A stretch of DNA of 64,000 bases, taken from an uncultured Acidobacteriota bacterium. Its GTDB lineage: Bacteria; Acidobacteriota; Vicinamibacteria; Vicinamibacterales; UBA8438. The notes beneath the pieces are model-generated. The model did not search any database, was not told the origin of the DNA, and worked only from the letters and a program-made list of their open reading frames with translations. The stretch is taken from NCBI GenBank assembly GCA_913043225.1, contig CAJWLU010000001.1, positions 256,001-320,000 on the forward strand. The letters run 5' to 3'. The stretch's first letter is position 1; the number at the start of each line of letters is the position of its first letter. The position numbers and the translations under genes were made by a program. Below, one piece after another: positions 8,889-19,352 of the stretch.

Positions 8889-10367
8889 CTAGCCGCCAAA
8901 GAGCGCGACGTCGAACACCCGGTCGAGGATGATCAAGCCGGTCATGCTGGTGAAGATGGCCAGGCTGAACCAACTGAACCATATGACCGGTTGGGAGGGA
9001 TAGAACGCCTTGTCCTTCTTGGGAATGACGGTTAGGCAGTAGTAGATGTTGAGAAAGAAGATCACCGGCGCAATGAAGTACGCCAAGGCGGACGAGAGCA
9101 GCACGAGCTGCACCGGCCGCTCAAAACCCGCGATGATCAGCACCGCGGCCACCAGCGAGTAGATCATCGTGATCCGGTAAATGTTGTACTCCGACATCCA
9201 GGCGCTACGATGCTCGGCCGTGAGTCGGTCGGTCGCGATGCCCGAGAGCGCTGCGGTCGACGGGAACAAATTGCGGCAGCAGGCAGCCGCTACCCGCGGC
9301 CACCCGTCGAAGTAGTTGAACGCGGTGGAGAATGTAGCGGCGAACGCCCCGCCCACAAACACAAACATCATCCCGGGACCGACGCTGTCGGTGAAGATCC
9401 TGGCGATCTCGCCGATCACGCCAGTCCCGGCCACCTCGGCGGGATACAGCCAGACAGCGGCCAGCAGCAGGAAGATCGACGCCAGCAGGAACGACACGAT
9501 GTGTCCCATCGTAAAGTCAAGGATGCCGATCCTGAACCACCGGCGACAATATTCCTGGGTATGCTCAGGCAGGGTCGACACATCCACCGTCAGGTCTTCC
9601 TTGGTCGACGAGAACGGGTCGAAGCGGCGCGCGATCCCCTCCGCCTCGAGCTGCTCGCGAATCCGACCCATACCGACCCGCTTGGCCTTGCCCCACTCGG
9701 ACGCCTGGAGTGAAACATCTATGCCGGTCGGCAGCAGGCCCAGGAAGGAGGCAATCACGAGCCACGACCCGCCCGGAATCTCGACCGTAAAGTAACGACC
9801 CATCGCCGACCAGGGCGCCGGTTCGAATAGATACACGCCAACCGTGGACACGAACAGGATTCCAGCCAGGATCTTGGTCGCAAGCTCAACCGCCGCGTAG
9901 CGGCCGTACAGGATAATCCCAACCGAAACTAGCCCTAGCCCTAGCCCGAACACCCAGCTAGGTAGCCCCAACCCAAAGAACTCCGAAAAGATGAAGAACA
10001 GTACCGCCGCCGCCGCGGCCAACCGGCCAGCCTGCCCGAGCGCGCACTGGATCACGGTGGTCACCAGCACGTAGTAGACCGGCCACTTCCCGGGAGCGGT
10101 GGAATAGGCGTCGAGCATGCTGCGCCCGGTAGCGTTGGTGAACCGAAACGCCATCTCGAACCCGTAGTACTTGAAGACGTAGGCGAGCGGGATACACCAG
10201 AGCAGGGCATATCCGAAACGACCACCGGCTACTGGCGCGGTCACCAGGTGGCTCGTGCCGATCCCGGTCATCATCAAGATGAGCCCTGGACCGAAGTGCC
10301 GCATCAGTCCACGCGGACCGGTGTCGGGCAGCGGCAACGCATCGAGACGCTCATGCTGGTCCGGCAT
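8889..10367 (-). CDS. NRAMP-related (SLC11-like) multi-pass transporter
   Basis: GPGLILMMTGIGTSHLV...AGGRFGYALLW N-terminus and about 11 hydrophobic segments; lacks the DPGN motif. Confidence 0.8.
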   Translation of the reverse strand: MPDQHERLDALPLPDTGPRGLMRHFGPGLILMMTGIGTSHLVTAPVAGGRFGYALLWCIPLAYVFKYYGFEMAFRFTNATGRSMLDAYSTAPGKWPVYYVLVTTVIQCALGQAGRLAAAAAVLFFIFSEFFGLGLPSWVFGLGLGLVSVGIILYGRYAAVELATKILAGILFVSTVGVYLFEPAPWSAMGRYFTVEIPGGSWLVIASFLGLLPTGIDVSLQASEWGKAKRVGMGRIREQLEAEGIARRFDPFSSTKEDLTVDVSTLPEHTQEYCRRWFRIGILDFTMGHIVSFLLASIFLLLAAVWLYPAEVAGTGVIGEIARIFTDSVGPGMMFVFVGGAFAATFSTAFNYFDGWPRVAAACCRNLFPSTAALSGIATDRLTAEHRSAWMSEYNIYRITMIYSLVAAVLIIAGFERPVQLVLLSSALAYFIAPVIFFLNIYYCLTVIPKKDKAFYPSQPVIWFSWFSLAIFTSMTGLIILDRVFDVALFGG

Positions 10368-10459
10368 GGCCGCAATCCTACCAGAGGTTGGCGACAGGCC
10401 GATTGACGACCAAGTGGAGTCAAACAGTCACGGTAAGATCGACCGGTCTGGAGGAACGC

Positions 10460-12154
10460 ATGCTTGTAGAGCGCACTCACTCTCTGTTTCGGCGGTTTGC
10501 CACCTTCGCGCTCTCTACCGTCATCGCATCCGCAGGTGTGGGCTGCGGGGCCACCATCGCCCGGGACGTCGAACCGGGACGAGATGCTCGCGGCACCGAG
10601 GCCGCGATGACGGCCGGTCACCCGCTCGCCGCCGAGGCTGGACTCGCGGTGTTGCAGGGTGGGGGACTCGCCATGGACGCGGCCATCACCGCCGCCGCGG
10701 TTCTCGCCGTGGCGCGCCCGCACATGAACGGCGTGGGCGGCGACATGCTGCTCCTGTACCACGACTCGGCCACCAACCTGACCTACGGGCTGAACGCCTC
10801 GGGCCGCGCCGGAAGCCGGATGACACTGGAAGAACTGAAGACGGCGGGTCATGAAGAGATGCCCGAGACCGGACCGCTCAGCATCTCAGTACCTGGTGCT
10901 GTCGGCGGCTGGGCCGAGGGACTCCGTCGCTTCGGCACGATCCCGCTGGCCCAGGCACTGCAACCGGCGATTCGCCTGGCCGAGCAGGGACTACCGGTCT
11001 CGGAGCGGCTCGCGGAGGACATCGCCACCGCCGAGGACAAGCTCCGGGCGGAGCCGGAAGCCACTCGAATCTTCCTGCCTGGCGGGGCACCGCCCAAGGT
11101 GGGCTCCGTGCTGCCGCGACCGGATCTGGCCGCTACGCTGCGCATCATCCAGGAGCAAGGATGGGAAGAGTTCTACTCCGGCGCACTGGGCCGGCGGATC
11201 GTGCGCTTCATCGAGGAGCGCGGGGGACTGGTCGGCTACAACGACATGGAGAACTACCTGGCCGAGTGGACGGTGCCGATCCGGACGCGTTACCAGGGAC
11301 TTGAAGTGGTAGCCATGCCGCCCAACAGCCAAGGCGTGACGCTCCTCGAAGAACTGGCCATACTACAGCACCATGACCTCACGGCCATGGGACACAACTC
11401 GGCCGACTATCTCCACACCATCGCCGAGGCGATTCGCCTTGCCTTCATCGACCGGGACAGCGAGGTGGCCGACCGGGCCACAATGCGAACCACGCCCGAA
11501 GAACTCCTCGAACCGGGTCGTATCCGCGCGCTGGCCGACAGCATCGATCCAGGCGGTCGGGCGCCGAGGGTCGAGGCGGTCGTGAGTGAGAACCATCCGA
11601 ATACCGTGTATGTCATCGCGGTCGATCAATACGGGAATGTGGTCTCTCTGATCCAGAGTCTGTTCGCCAGCTTCGGCTCCGGCCTAGTGGTGCCCGAGAC
11701 CGGCATCGTCCTGCACAACCGCGGCTCACTCTTCCGGTTCGACGAAGACCACCCAAACGTCTTCGCCCCCTACCGACGTCCGTTCCACACCCTGTGTCCG
11801 GTAATCGTCCTCAGTAACGATCTGCCGCTGCTGGCCCTGGGCACCCCGGGAGGAGACGGGCAGACCCACACCATCACCCAGGTACTGAACAACATCCATC
11901 TGTTCGGGATGAGTCCGCAGGCCGCGATCGACGCGCCCCGGATCCGCCGACTTAGCGACGGGTCACTGGCGATCGAAGATCGGATGCCCCAGGAAGCACG
12001 GGACGCGCTCGAAGCACGGGGCTACACGGTTCACACCCGGACGGGCTGGACCGCCGAGTTCGGGGGCGCGCAAGCGGTCGTGATCGACCAGATGACCGGT
12101 CGTCGCATCGCCGGCGCGGATCGACGCCGCGAAGGCTGGGCGCTCGCCTACTAG
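10460..12154 (+). CDS. ggt: gamma-glutamyltransferase family Ntn-hydrolase (YwrD/HpxW-like subgroup)
   Basis: GVGGD, VPGAV, PPNSQG, processing-site Thr in NTVYVIAVD, LHNRG, RPFHT, GTPGG; GGAGGA SD. Confidence 0.88.
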   Translation: MLVERTHSLFRRFATFALSTVIASAGVGCGATIARDVEPGRDARGTEAAMTAGHPLAAEAGLAVLQGGGLAMDAAITAAAVLAVARPHMNGVGGDMLLLYHDSATNLTYGLNASGRAGSRMTLEELKTAGHEEMPETGPLSISVPGAVGGWAEGLRRFGTIPLAQALQPAIRLAEQGLPVSERLAEDIATAEDKLRAEPEATRIFLPGGAPPKVGSVLPRPDLAATLRIIQEQGWEEFYSGALGRRIVRFIEERGGLVGYNDMENYLAEWTVPIRTRYQGLEVVAMPPNSQGVTLLEELAILQHHDLTAMGHNSADYLHTIAEAIRLAFIDRDSEVADRATMRTTPEELLEPGRIRALADSIDPGGRAPRVEAVVSENHPNTVYVIAVDQYGNVVSLIQSLFASFGSGLVVPETGIVLHNRGSLFRFDEDHPNVFAPYRRPFHTLCPVIVLSNDLPLLALGTPGGDGQTHTITQVLNNIHLFGMSPQAAIDAPRIRRLSDGSLAIEDRMPQEARDALEARGYTVHTRTGWTAEFGGAQAVVIDQMTGRRIAGADRRREGWALAY

Positions 12155-12170
12155 AGCCGCCTGACACCTA

Positions 12171-12980
12171 CTAGTCCGGCTGGTCGGAGCGAGAGGCATC
12201 CGGCACCGGTGCCTGGTAGATTGCCCGCCCCACGAAGAACGGTCCCATCTCCTGCATGTACTCGGAGGTCTGCGCGGTGGGCCGCATGTCCTTAACCAAC
12301 TTCGACAACGGGTAGAGCTCGGGGCCAATCAACCCGATCACGAATTCGTTGTCGTCCCGGTCGAGACCATGGCACTCGAGCCGTACGTCCACCGCCAGCG
12401 CGAGCTCGCCATACCCGCGGCCGATCATGCCGTGTTCCATCAGGATGCGTCCCTGCTCGCCTCGTGACAAGCGGTTGAACGCACCGAGCCGACGCAAGGG
12501 GTACCAGACACCCCAAGCCTGGTCTGGGTCGAGCACGTGGCGACGCACGCGGTGCAGTAAAAAGTCGGCCAGGTCGGTCTCGCGCCCACTGGCATAGGTG
12601 CGCCCGAGCATGGTGAAATCGGGCGATGGCGTCAGGTCGGTGAACGCGGGTCCGACCAGCAGTTCGCGGCCCGCATCGACGAACAGCTGCGGATCTTCTG
12701 ACATCAGCACGACGCCGACCCCCCGCGGGTCGTTCACGTTGGCATAGACAGCAGCCTCGAGACCGCTGGACCGGACCGCTTCGATCACCGCGTCTTGGTC
12801 GAGACACCCGGTAAAGACCTGCAGTTGGACGAAGAGGCGCGACTCGAGGGTCTGTGGTTCACCACGAATGGGGGCACCATGTTCGACCAGATCCGGCACG
12901 AATTTCTCCATCGCCGCGGCCGGTGGGCGGCCGCGGGACGACGAACGGGAAGCAGAGGGCAGGTCGGTCTTGTCGGTCAT
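12171..12980 (-). CDS. chlorite dismutase / coproheme decarboxylase (Cld/ChdC) family heme protein
   Basis: WYPLRR, proximal His in ILMEHGMIGRGY, GLDRDDNEF, GPFFVG. Confidence 0.8.
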   Translation of the reverse strand: MTDKTDLPSASRSSSRGRPPAAAMEKFVPDLVEHGAPIRGEPQTLESRLFVQLQVFTGCLDQDAVIEAVRSSGLEAAVYANVNDPRGVGVVLMSEDPQLFVDAGRELLVGPAFTDLTPSPDFTMLGRTYASGRETDLADFLLHRVRRHVLDPDQAWGVWYPLRRLGAFNRLSRGEQGRILMEHGMIGRGYGELALAVDVRLECHGLDRDDNEFVIGLIGPELYPLSKLVKDMRPTAQTSEYMQEMGPFFVGRAIYQAPVPDASRSDQPD

Positions 12981-13098
12981 TGGGCTCGAGCCTCGAAGAA
13001 TCGGGCGACCATTCTATACGAGGCAGCGTCTGACTCTCGGAACGCCCCTGCACACCAGGTTGTCGGCGTCTGGCCCGGGTGATAGTGTCGAGTTGTCC

Positions 13099-13470
13099 AT
13101 GCGACATGCCGCGCTCGTCCCAGCGCTCCTGTTCTTGACGCCCGTGATGGGGGACACTTTCGCGCAGGAGCGCAAAGTCGACCCGCTGCCCGCGGTCGAG
13201 CTAGCGGTGAACCTCGAGCGGCTGAAGCAACGGCTGGCGGAGCTACCCGAGAGCGACGAAGAACGGTCGCTGCTAAAGCTCGATTACTATGTCTCGGTCT
13301 ATGGTCGAGCGCCCGAGATCAACGTGCTCGAAGGCTTCGATCTCCACAACGGCCCGGTGCCGTTCGGGCCACCGATGCACGACGACTTCCAGGCGCTCTG
13401 GACCCCCGAGGAGTTCAGTGCGCCGGCGGCCGACCTCACGTCGATCCTGGGCTGGCTGCTCAAACGGTAG
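13099..13470 (+). CDS. exported hypothetical protein
   Basis: GC3-biased ORF with signal peptide from ATG 13099; fills the gap between divergent genes. Confidence 0.65.
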   Translation: MRHAALVPALLFLTPVMGDTFAQERKVDPLPAVELAVNLERLKQRLAELPESDEERSLLKLDYYVSVYGRAPEINVLEGFDLHNGPVPFGPPMHDDFQALWTPEEFSAPAADLTSILGWLLKR

Positions 13471-13608
13471 TCTTAACGGGTCAGCCGCACGTGAACTTCG
13501 TCCTGCTCGCCGCTTCCCATACAATATGCGGTCGGTGAGCCGCGTCACGCGGTTCGAGGATTCCCTCCTGGCCGGCGCGCTCCGGGCCCGGCCACGTTCA
13601 CGACCGAG

Positions 13609-14709
13609 GTGAGATCAGTGGGTTCAGCAACCATCGACTACAAAGCTGGTGTTTCGGGTCTCGACGGACTTCTGAGCGTACTGGGCGACGACGCCGCGCT
13701 ACTCGACCATACGTGCTGTACGATTCCATCCGGCGACCTCCATCTGCCGGGACCTGATTTCGTCGATCGCTGCGTAACCCCGTCGAACCGTCCCATCCGG
13801 GTACAGACCGCGCTTCAGTCGCTGTTTGGCGCAGGGCGGCTGGCAGGGACCGGCTATCTCTCGATCCTGCCGGTCGACCAGGGCATCGAGCACTCGGGAG
13901 GTGCCTCGTTCGCCCCGAACCGAAACTATTTCGACCCCGAGAACATCGTGCGGCTGGCGATCGACGGGGGCTGTAACGCCGTGGCGTCGACTCTGGGCGT
14001 GCTGGGCGCCGTCTCGCGCCGCTACGCGCACAAGATCCCGTTCATCCTGAAGTTCAACCACAACGAGTTCCTCTCCTACCCGAACAGCTACGACCAGATC
14101 CGCTTCGCCACGATCGAGCAGGCGTTCGACATGGGCGCGATGGGCGTCGGCGCCACGATCTACTTCGGTTCAGACGAGTCGCGCCAGCAACTGATCGAAG
14201 TGTCGGAGATGTTCCAGCAGGCGCACGAAATGGGTATGTTCACGGTGCTGTGGTGCTACCTCCGCAACTCGGACTTCAAGACCGCCGACGCCGACTACCA
14301 CACCGCCGCCGACCTGACCGGCCAGGCGAACCACCTCGGCGTTACCATCGAAGCGGACATCATCAAGCAGAAGCTGCCAGAAACCAACGGCGGCTACACC
14401 GCACTCAAGTTCGGGAAGACGCACAAGAGCGTCTACGATCAGCTGACGACCGACCACCCGATCGACCTGACCCGCTATCAGGTGGCCAACTGCTACATGG
14501 GCCGGGCCGGGCTCATCAACTCCGGCGGCGCCTCATCGGGCGAGAGCGACCTCAAGGAAGCGGTCAAGACCGCGGTCATCAACAAACGCGCCGGCGGTAC
14601 CGGACTGATCTCGGGTCGGAAGGCGTTCCAGCGTCCGATGAACGAAGGCGTCACGCTCTTGAACGCCATTCAGGACGTCTACCTAACGAAGGAAATCACA
14701 ATCGCGTAG
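13609..14709 (+). CDS. fbaB: class I fructose-bisphosphate aldolase (DhnA/FbaB)
   Basis: [33 protein letters not shown] (Schiff-base Lys), [10 protein letters not shown]. Exact start uncertain. Confidence 0.95.
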   Translation: MRSVGSATIDYKAGVSGLDGLLSVLGDDAALLDHTCCTIPSGDLHLPGPDFVDRCVTPSNRPIRVQTALQSLFGAGRLAGTGYLSILPVDQGIEHSGGASFAPNRNYFDPENIVRLAIDGGCNAVASTLGVLGAVSRRYAHKIPFILKFNHNEFLSYPNSYDQIRFATIEQAFDMGAMGVGATIYFGSDESRQQLIEVSEMFQQAHEMGMFTVLWCYLRNSDFKTADADYHTAADLTGQANHLGVTIEADIIKQKLPETNGGYTALKFGKTHKSVYDQLTTDHPIDLTRYQVANCYMGRAGLINSGGASSGESDLKEAVKTAVINKRAGGTGLISGRKAFQRPMNEGVTLLNAIQDVYLTKEITIA

Positions 14710-14721
14710 GTTCCGGCGAAC

Positions 14722-14976
14722 CTACTCTTCCCGGGCCCAAAGTTCCAGGCGGATAGACAGCAAGAAGTATTTCTTCCGAAGCTCGACCACCCTCTCTGAA
14801 TAGCCCGCACTCGGAATCTCCTTCCGCCGAAGCCGCCGGCGCAACTGGCGTAACTCGAACCGATACAGATCGTTGATGACCTCCTTCGCCTTCGCCGGCG
14901 GAGTGGTCACCCGCGGCCGCACGCCAAAGAGCAGCAGCTCTTCCAGAACACGCGGATGGTAGGTGTATTGCGGCAC
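14722..14976 (-). CDS. small basic hypothetical protein
   Basis: 84-aa ORF filling the gap; TAGAAT -10 and GAGG SD upstream of the GTG start. Confidence 0.65.
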   Translation of the reverse strand: MPQYTYHPRVLEELLLFGVRPRVTTPPAKAKEVINDLYRFELRQLRRRLRRKEIPSAGYSERVVELRKKYFLLSIRLELWAREE

Positions 14977-15104
14977 GGACTTCAGACCTCAGGCGTGGAT
15001 TCTACGATCGACCTAGGGTTTTCGTGCAGCGCACTCATCGCGAAAACCAGATAAGGTCGCCGGCCACGGCTCACACGAAGGCGACCGCGTGGTACCCTGA
15101 CCAC

Positions 15105-17315
15105 GTGCGGCGGGACACCCCTGTCATCCACCCTCACGTTCTCCCCCTCATTGCCGCTGTCGCGGTGTCGCTGGTCGTCAACGCAGCTCCGCTCTTTGCC
15201 AACGACGACCTGACGGTGCCGTCACCGACCTATCCGGAGGCGGTGGAGGCGATGCGGGCCGGCAACTCGGCCGCGGCGCTCGAACAGCTCGATGCGGCGG
15301 TCAGTGTGGGAACGCCACCACTCGAAGCGCTGGTCCTCCGAGCCACCTTACTCGACCAACTGGGACGGCCAGCGGCCGACGGCGCCTGGAACGCGGTTAT
15401 TGAGCGCGAGGTCTGGATGCGCACCTTCGCCAGACGGGCCCTGGTGGTGGGGCGAACCGACCGAGGAAACCTCTCCGGAGCCCGGTCGCTCCTCGCGGAT
15501 CTGGATCGGGCAGACGCGACGCGCCACATAGACCTCGCGATGGACCTCGCGGGCGCGGCGGCGCGGGGCGGCGATCCCGCGATGGCCGCCGAACTGTATC
15601 GTTCCGTGCTCGGACGACGCAGCCGGGGCGCCACCGCCGACCGCGCCCGTCTGGGTCTCGCCGCGGCTCAAGAGGCCAGCGGCGACGTCGTCGCGGCCTT
15701 GACGACCCTCCGAGAGACCCAGCTCGAACATCGGACCGGCCTGGGCTATACCGACGCCGTCGCGGCGGAGTCGCGGCTGCTGGCGGTGAGCGGACGCGCA
15801 GCGCGTCCGCTCACCGCCGAACAGCACCGAACCCTCGTGCGGCGGCTGCGCGGCTACTCGCGCTACACGGAGGCCGCCGCCCTTATCGAGGCGTGGCGGG
15901 CCGTGGCGCCTGAAGCAGCCGAACGGATCGACGCTGAGCTCGTGGGGGTGCTCTACGACGGCCGCGCCAACGAAGACGCCGTGGCGCTCTGCCTAGCCTT
16001 TACCGATCGGTACCCGTCCAGCGCTCTGCTCCCCGGCGTGCGACTGACCGAGTTCAGGCTGGCGGTGCGCATGGGCGATACCGCAAAGGCCAAACGGCTC
16101 GGTCAGATGCTCTGGCGCGGCGATTTCAGTGGCTCGACGGCGTCCGACCGGTTCGCCGCCGGCGAGCTGCTGGCCGCCTATCTGGTGGCAGTCGGGGAAG
16201 TCGACGAGGCCCTGCGCCTGTATCGGGAGCTCTTCCAGGGCGCGCGGGGCGGCGACGCGCAGCGGCGGATACTGTGGAAGGCAGGCGTGGCGGCATTGCG
16301 CGCGGGCGATGCCAACCGTGCCCTCACGAATCTCCGCGCGCTGAATCGACGAAACCCTACCGGCGACCTGGAGCCGGCCGGCATCTACTGGCAGGCGGTA
16401 GCCGAGCTGACTGCGGGCGAAGAGCAAGGTCCGGCCCACCGCGCACTAAACAGACTCGTCCAGACCCGTCCCCATCATTACTACGGGCTCCAAGCGGCGG
16501 CCCGGCTGAAAGAGCTCGGAGCCGATCTGCCATCGCCGGCTGCCCGCGAATTCCCGACGCTAACGCTCGAGGCTTCCACCCGTGCGCGGGCGGAGTTCAA
16601 AGCCGCAATGACCCTGGCCCGCGCCGGACTGGTCAACGATGCGGCGTGGTATCTCCGGCGGCTACTAGAGGACGAGACGCGCAATCGGGCACTGGCGCTG
16701 CTGGCCACCCGCGCCTCGGCCGAAGGTAGCGCGTGGGAAGCGGTGCCGCGACTCCTGGTGACACACTTCGCCGGCTATCTGCAGCAAGGGGCCGACGCGC
16801 TGCCGGAAGACTTCTACCAGCTGGTCTATCCTCGTCCCTACGACAGCGCCGTGACCCCCGCGGCAGCGGATAGGGATATCGATCCGGGTCTCATGTTCTC
16901 GCTAATGCGACAGGAGTCGCGATTCGACGCTGACGCCCGCTCGTTCGTGGGCGCGCTGGGACTGTTTCAGATCATGCCCTACACCGCCACCGATCTCGGG
17001 CCACGGTCCGGCCTCGACGAGCTCTCGGCGGCCGATCTCGAAGACGAGGAGGTCTTGCTCCGACCAGAGGTCAACGCCAGCATCGCGGCCACGCTCGCCG
17101 GCGACCTCCTGACTATGTTCAGCGGTCAGCTCGCCCCAGTCATCGCCTCCTACAACGCGGGCGAAGAGCGCGTGGCCATCTGGTGGGAGTCGGCGCGGGA
17201 ACTCAGCGAAGATCTGTTCGTCGACACCATTCCCTACAGCGAGACTCGACGGTTCGTCCGGGAAGTGCTGGCCAACGTCGCCGGGTACCAGCGGGTGTAC
17301 GGCACCACCCAATAG
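15105..17315 (+). CDS. slt: soluble lytic transglycosylase (Slt70-like, TPR plus SLT domain)
   Basis: C-terminal RQESRF, GALGLFQIMP, ASYNAG and IPYSETRRFV motifs; helical repeats; signal peptide. GTG 15105 preferred. Confidence 0.88.
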   Translation: MRRDTPVIHPHVLPLIAAVAVSLVVNAAPLFANDDLTVPSPTYPEAVEAMRAGNSAAALEQLDAAVSVGTPPLEALVLRATLLDQLGRPAADGAWNAVIEREVWMRTFARRALVVGRTDRGNLSGARSLLADLDRADATRHIDLAMDLAGAAARGGDPAMAAELYRSVLGRRSRGATADRARLGLAAAQEASGDVVAALTTLRETQLEHRTGLGYTDAVAAESRLLAVSGRAARPLTAEQHRTLVRRLRGYSRYTEAAALIEAWRAVAPEAAERIDAELVGVLYDGRANEDAVALCLAFTDRYPSSALLPGVRLTEFRLAVRMGDTAKAKRLGQMLWRGDFSGSTASDRFAAGELLAAYLVAVGEVDEALRLYRELFQGARGGDAQRRILWKAGVAALRAGDANRALTNLRALNRRNPTGDLEPAGIYWQAVAELTAGEEQGPAHRALNRLVQTRPHHYYGLQAAARLKELGADLPSPAAREFPTLTLEASTRARAEFKAAMTLARAGLVNDAAWYLRRLLEDETRNRALALLATRASAEGSAWEAVPRLLVTHFAGYLQQGADALPEDFYQLVYPRPYDSAVTPAAADRDIDPGLMFSLMRQESRFDADARSFVGALGLFQIMPYTATDLGPRSGLDELSAADLEDEEVLLRPEVNASIAATLAGDLLTMFSGQLAPVIASYNAGEERVAIWWESARELSEDLFVDTIPYSETRRFVREVLANVAGYQRVYGTTQ

Positions 17316-17554
17316 ACAGATCTCCTTCGTCCTAACTCCAGCGTTCTGCGGTACTCGCTACCCTATCTCCATCAGATTTTCGTCGGCGGACAGAGCAGAT
17401 CGACGGCGCCGGAAAGTCGTCCAGTCGCAGTCACGGGCAGCACTGGGCGCGGTGGTAAATATGCGTGATTCAGCACGAAGCTCTTCAAGTGATCGAACCC
17501 AGGGAAGCAACGTGTCGCTGATCGCTACGGGGTGTCCTGGGCGGCTCAATCGGC

Positions 17555-19267
17555 TCAAAACCCGACCGCCGCACTGGTGCGTCGGCGGTCTTCTGCGCCC
17601 TCAAGCATGTCGTTCTTGCCGTCGTGGTAGATCGCCGAGACCGCGCCCTGCACGCGGGTCTCGACCATCTGGTGCCCGCGCGCCCTGAGCAGGGCCAGCG
17701 TGTCTGGCGACAGCCCCCATCGCTCGTAGCGGGTTTCATCCGGCAACCACTGGTGATGCAGACGCGGCGCGTCTACCGCCTCCTGAATGTTCATCCCGAA
17801 ATCGATGACGTTGACCAGCGTCAGCAGCACCGTATTGATGATCGTGCGGCCACCGGGTGAGCCGGTGACCATGAGCAAATTGCCGTCGCGAGCGACGATA
17901 GTAGGGGTCATGCTGGACAGCATCCGCTTGCCCGGCTCCGCCAGATTCGGTCCAGTGCCGATGAGGCCCGTCTCGGTGGTCATCCCTGGAGCAGGATTGA
18001 AGTCGCCCATCTCGTTGTTCAACAGGAAACCGGCGCCGGGCACAGTGATCTTCGAGCCGTACCCCTGCTCGAGGGTGTAGGTCAGCGAGACGGCGTTCCG
18101 CTCGGCATCCACCGTCGACACATGCGTGGTCTCGTCCCCTTCCGTCGGCCATTCGAAACTGGACGGTGATGAGACGGATGCGCGATCGAGGTTGATCGTC
18201 TTTCGGAGTTCCTCTGCGTACTCCTTCGAGATCAGCTGGTCGATCCGCATGTCGGCGTTGAACGCCGGATCTCCCAGATGCTGTGCCCTGTCTGCGTACG
18301 CGCGCCGCATCGCTTCGATCAACAGATGCGTCGTAGCCGCAGAGCCGGCGCCAAGCCTGGCCAGGTCGTAGCCTTCTAGAACATTGAGCATCTCGATGAC
18401 AGCGGTCCCTCCGGAACTGATGGGAGGCATCGAGATGATCTCGTGGCCACGGTAGATGCCTCGGATGGGCGTCCGTCGAATCGCGCGGTAGGCGCCCAAG
18501 TCGACCTGGGTGATGAGCCCGCCATTGGCGGCCATCTCCTGCTCGATCAGCTCGGCCGTCACGCCCTGATAGAAGCCGGCCGGACCCTCCTCGGAGATTC
18601 GGGTCAGTGTGTCAGCCAACTCGCCCTGACGCAGGGTCTCGCCGGTCTGATAGGGCTCTCCGTTATTGGAGAACTGCGCGACCGAGGCCGGGTAGTCGGC
18701 CATCCGGGGCAGCACGCTGGCGAGCGAGCTGGCGAGTGGGTTGGACACCGGAAAACCGTCCCTGGCCAGCGCGATCGCGGGGGCCAGTAGCCGCTCCCAG
18801 GGCAGGACACCATGGTCCGACCAGGCCAGGTACAGTCCAGCCACCGTCCCGGGCACACCGACCGCCAGGTGCGAGTCGTGATGCAACACCCGGTCGTAGG
18901 CGCCACCGTCCATAAACATGGTCGGATAGGCTCGCGAGGGTGCCATCTCACGGAAGTCGTAGGCCACCGGCTCGCCCGTCACGGGCCGATAGACCAGGAA
19001 CCCACCTCCGCCGATGTTTCCGGCAGCCGGATAGGTAACAGCAAGCGCGAACGCGGTGGCCACCGTCGCGTCGATAGCGTTACCTCCCTCGCGCATGACC
19101 TCCGCTCCCACCTCGGAGGCGAGCTGATCCTGAGAAACCACCATCGCCTGCCTGGCGCGAATCGGCTGGCTACTCGCCGTCAACGTGCTCGGCGTCAACA
19201 CGAACAGGACACTAGCCAGCGCCAGAGACAACCGTCGCAACTGGCTCCGACCGAACGGCACCGTCAT
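17555..19267 (-). CDS. ggt: gamma-glutamyltranspeptidase
   Basis: GNIGGGGF, DFRE, ETTHVS (catalytic Thr), LNNEMGDF, RMLSSMTP, GSPGG; signal peptide. Confidence 0.95.
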   Translation of the reverse strand: MTVPFGRSQLRRLSLALASVLFVLTPSTLTASSQPIRARQAMVVSQDQLASEVGAEVMREGGNAIDATVATAFALAVTYPAAGNIGGGGFLVYRPVTGEPVAYDFREMAPSRAYPTMFMDGGAYDRVLHHDSHLAVGVPGTVAGLYLAWSDHGVLPWERLLAPAIALARDGFPVSNPLASSLASVLPRMADYPASVAQFSNNGEPYQTGETLRQGELADTLTRISEEGPAGFYQGVTAELIEQEMAANGGLITQVDLGAYRAIRRTPIRGIYRGHEIISMPPISSGGTAVIEMLNVLEGYDLARLGAGSAATTHLLIEAMRRAYADRAQHLGDPAFNADMRIDQLISKEYAEELRKTINLDRASVSSPSSFEWPTEGDETTHVSTVDAERNAVSLTYTLEQGYGSKITVPGAGFLLNNEMGDFNPAPGMTTETGLIGTGPNLAEPGKRMLSSMTPTIVARDGNLLMVTGSPGGRTIINTVLLTLVNVIDFGMNIQEAVDAPRLHHQWLPDETRYERWGLSPDTLALLRARGHQMVETRVQGAVSAIYHDGKNDMLEGAEDRRRTSAAVGF

Positions 19268-19352
19268 CCGTCCATGATGGCTCCCTGGGTCGAGTTAGTG
19301 CAAGCATCGTTGGCCGGCCGGAACTTGCTACACTTTCCCGCCAGAGGTTCCC

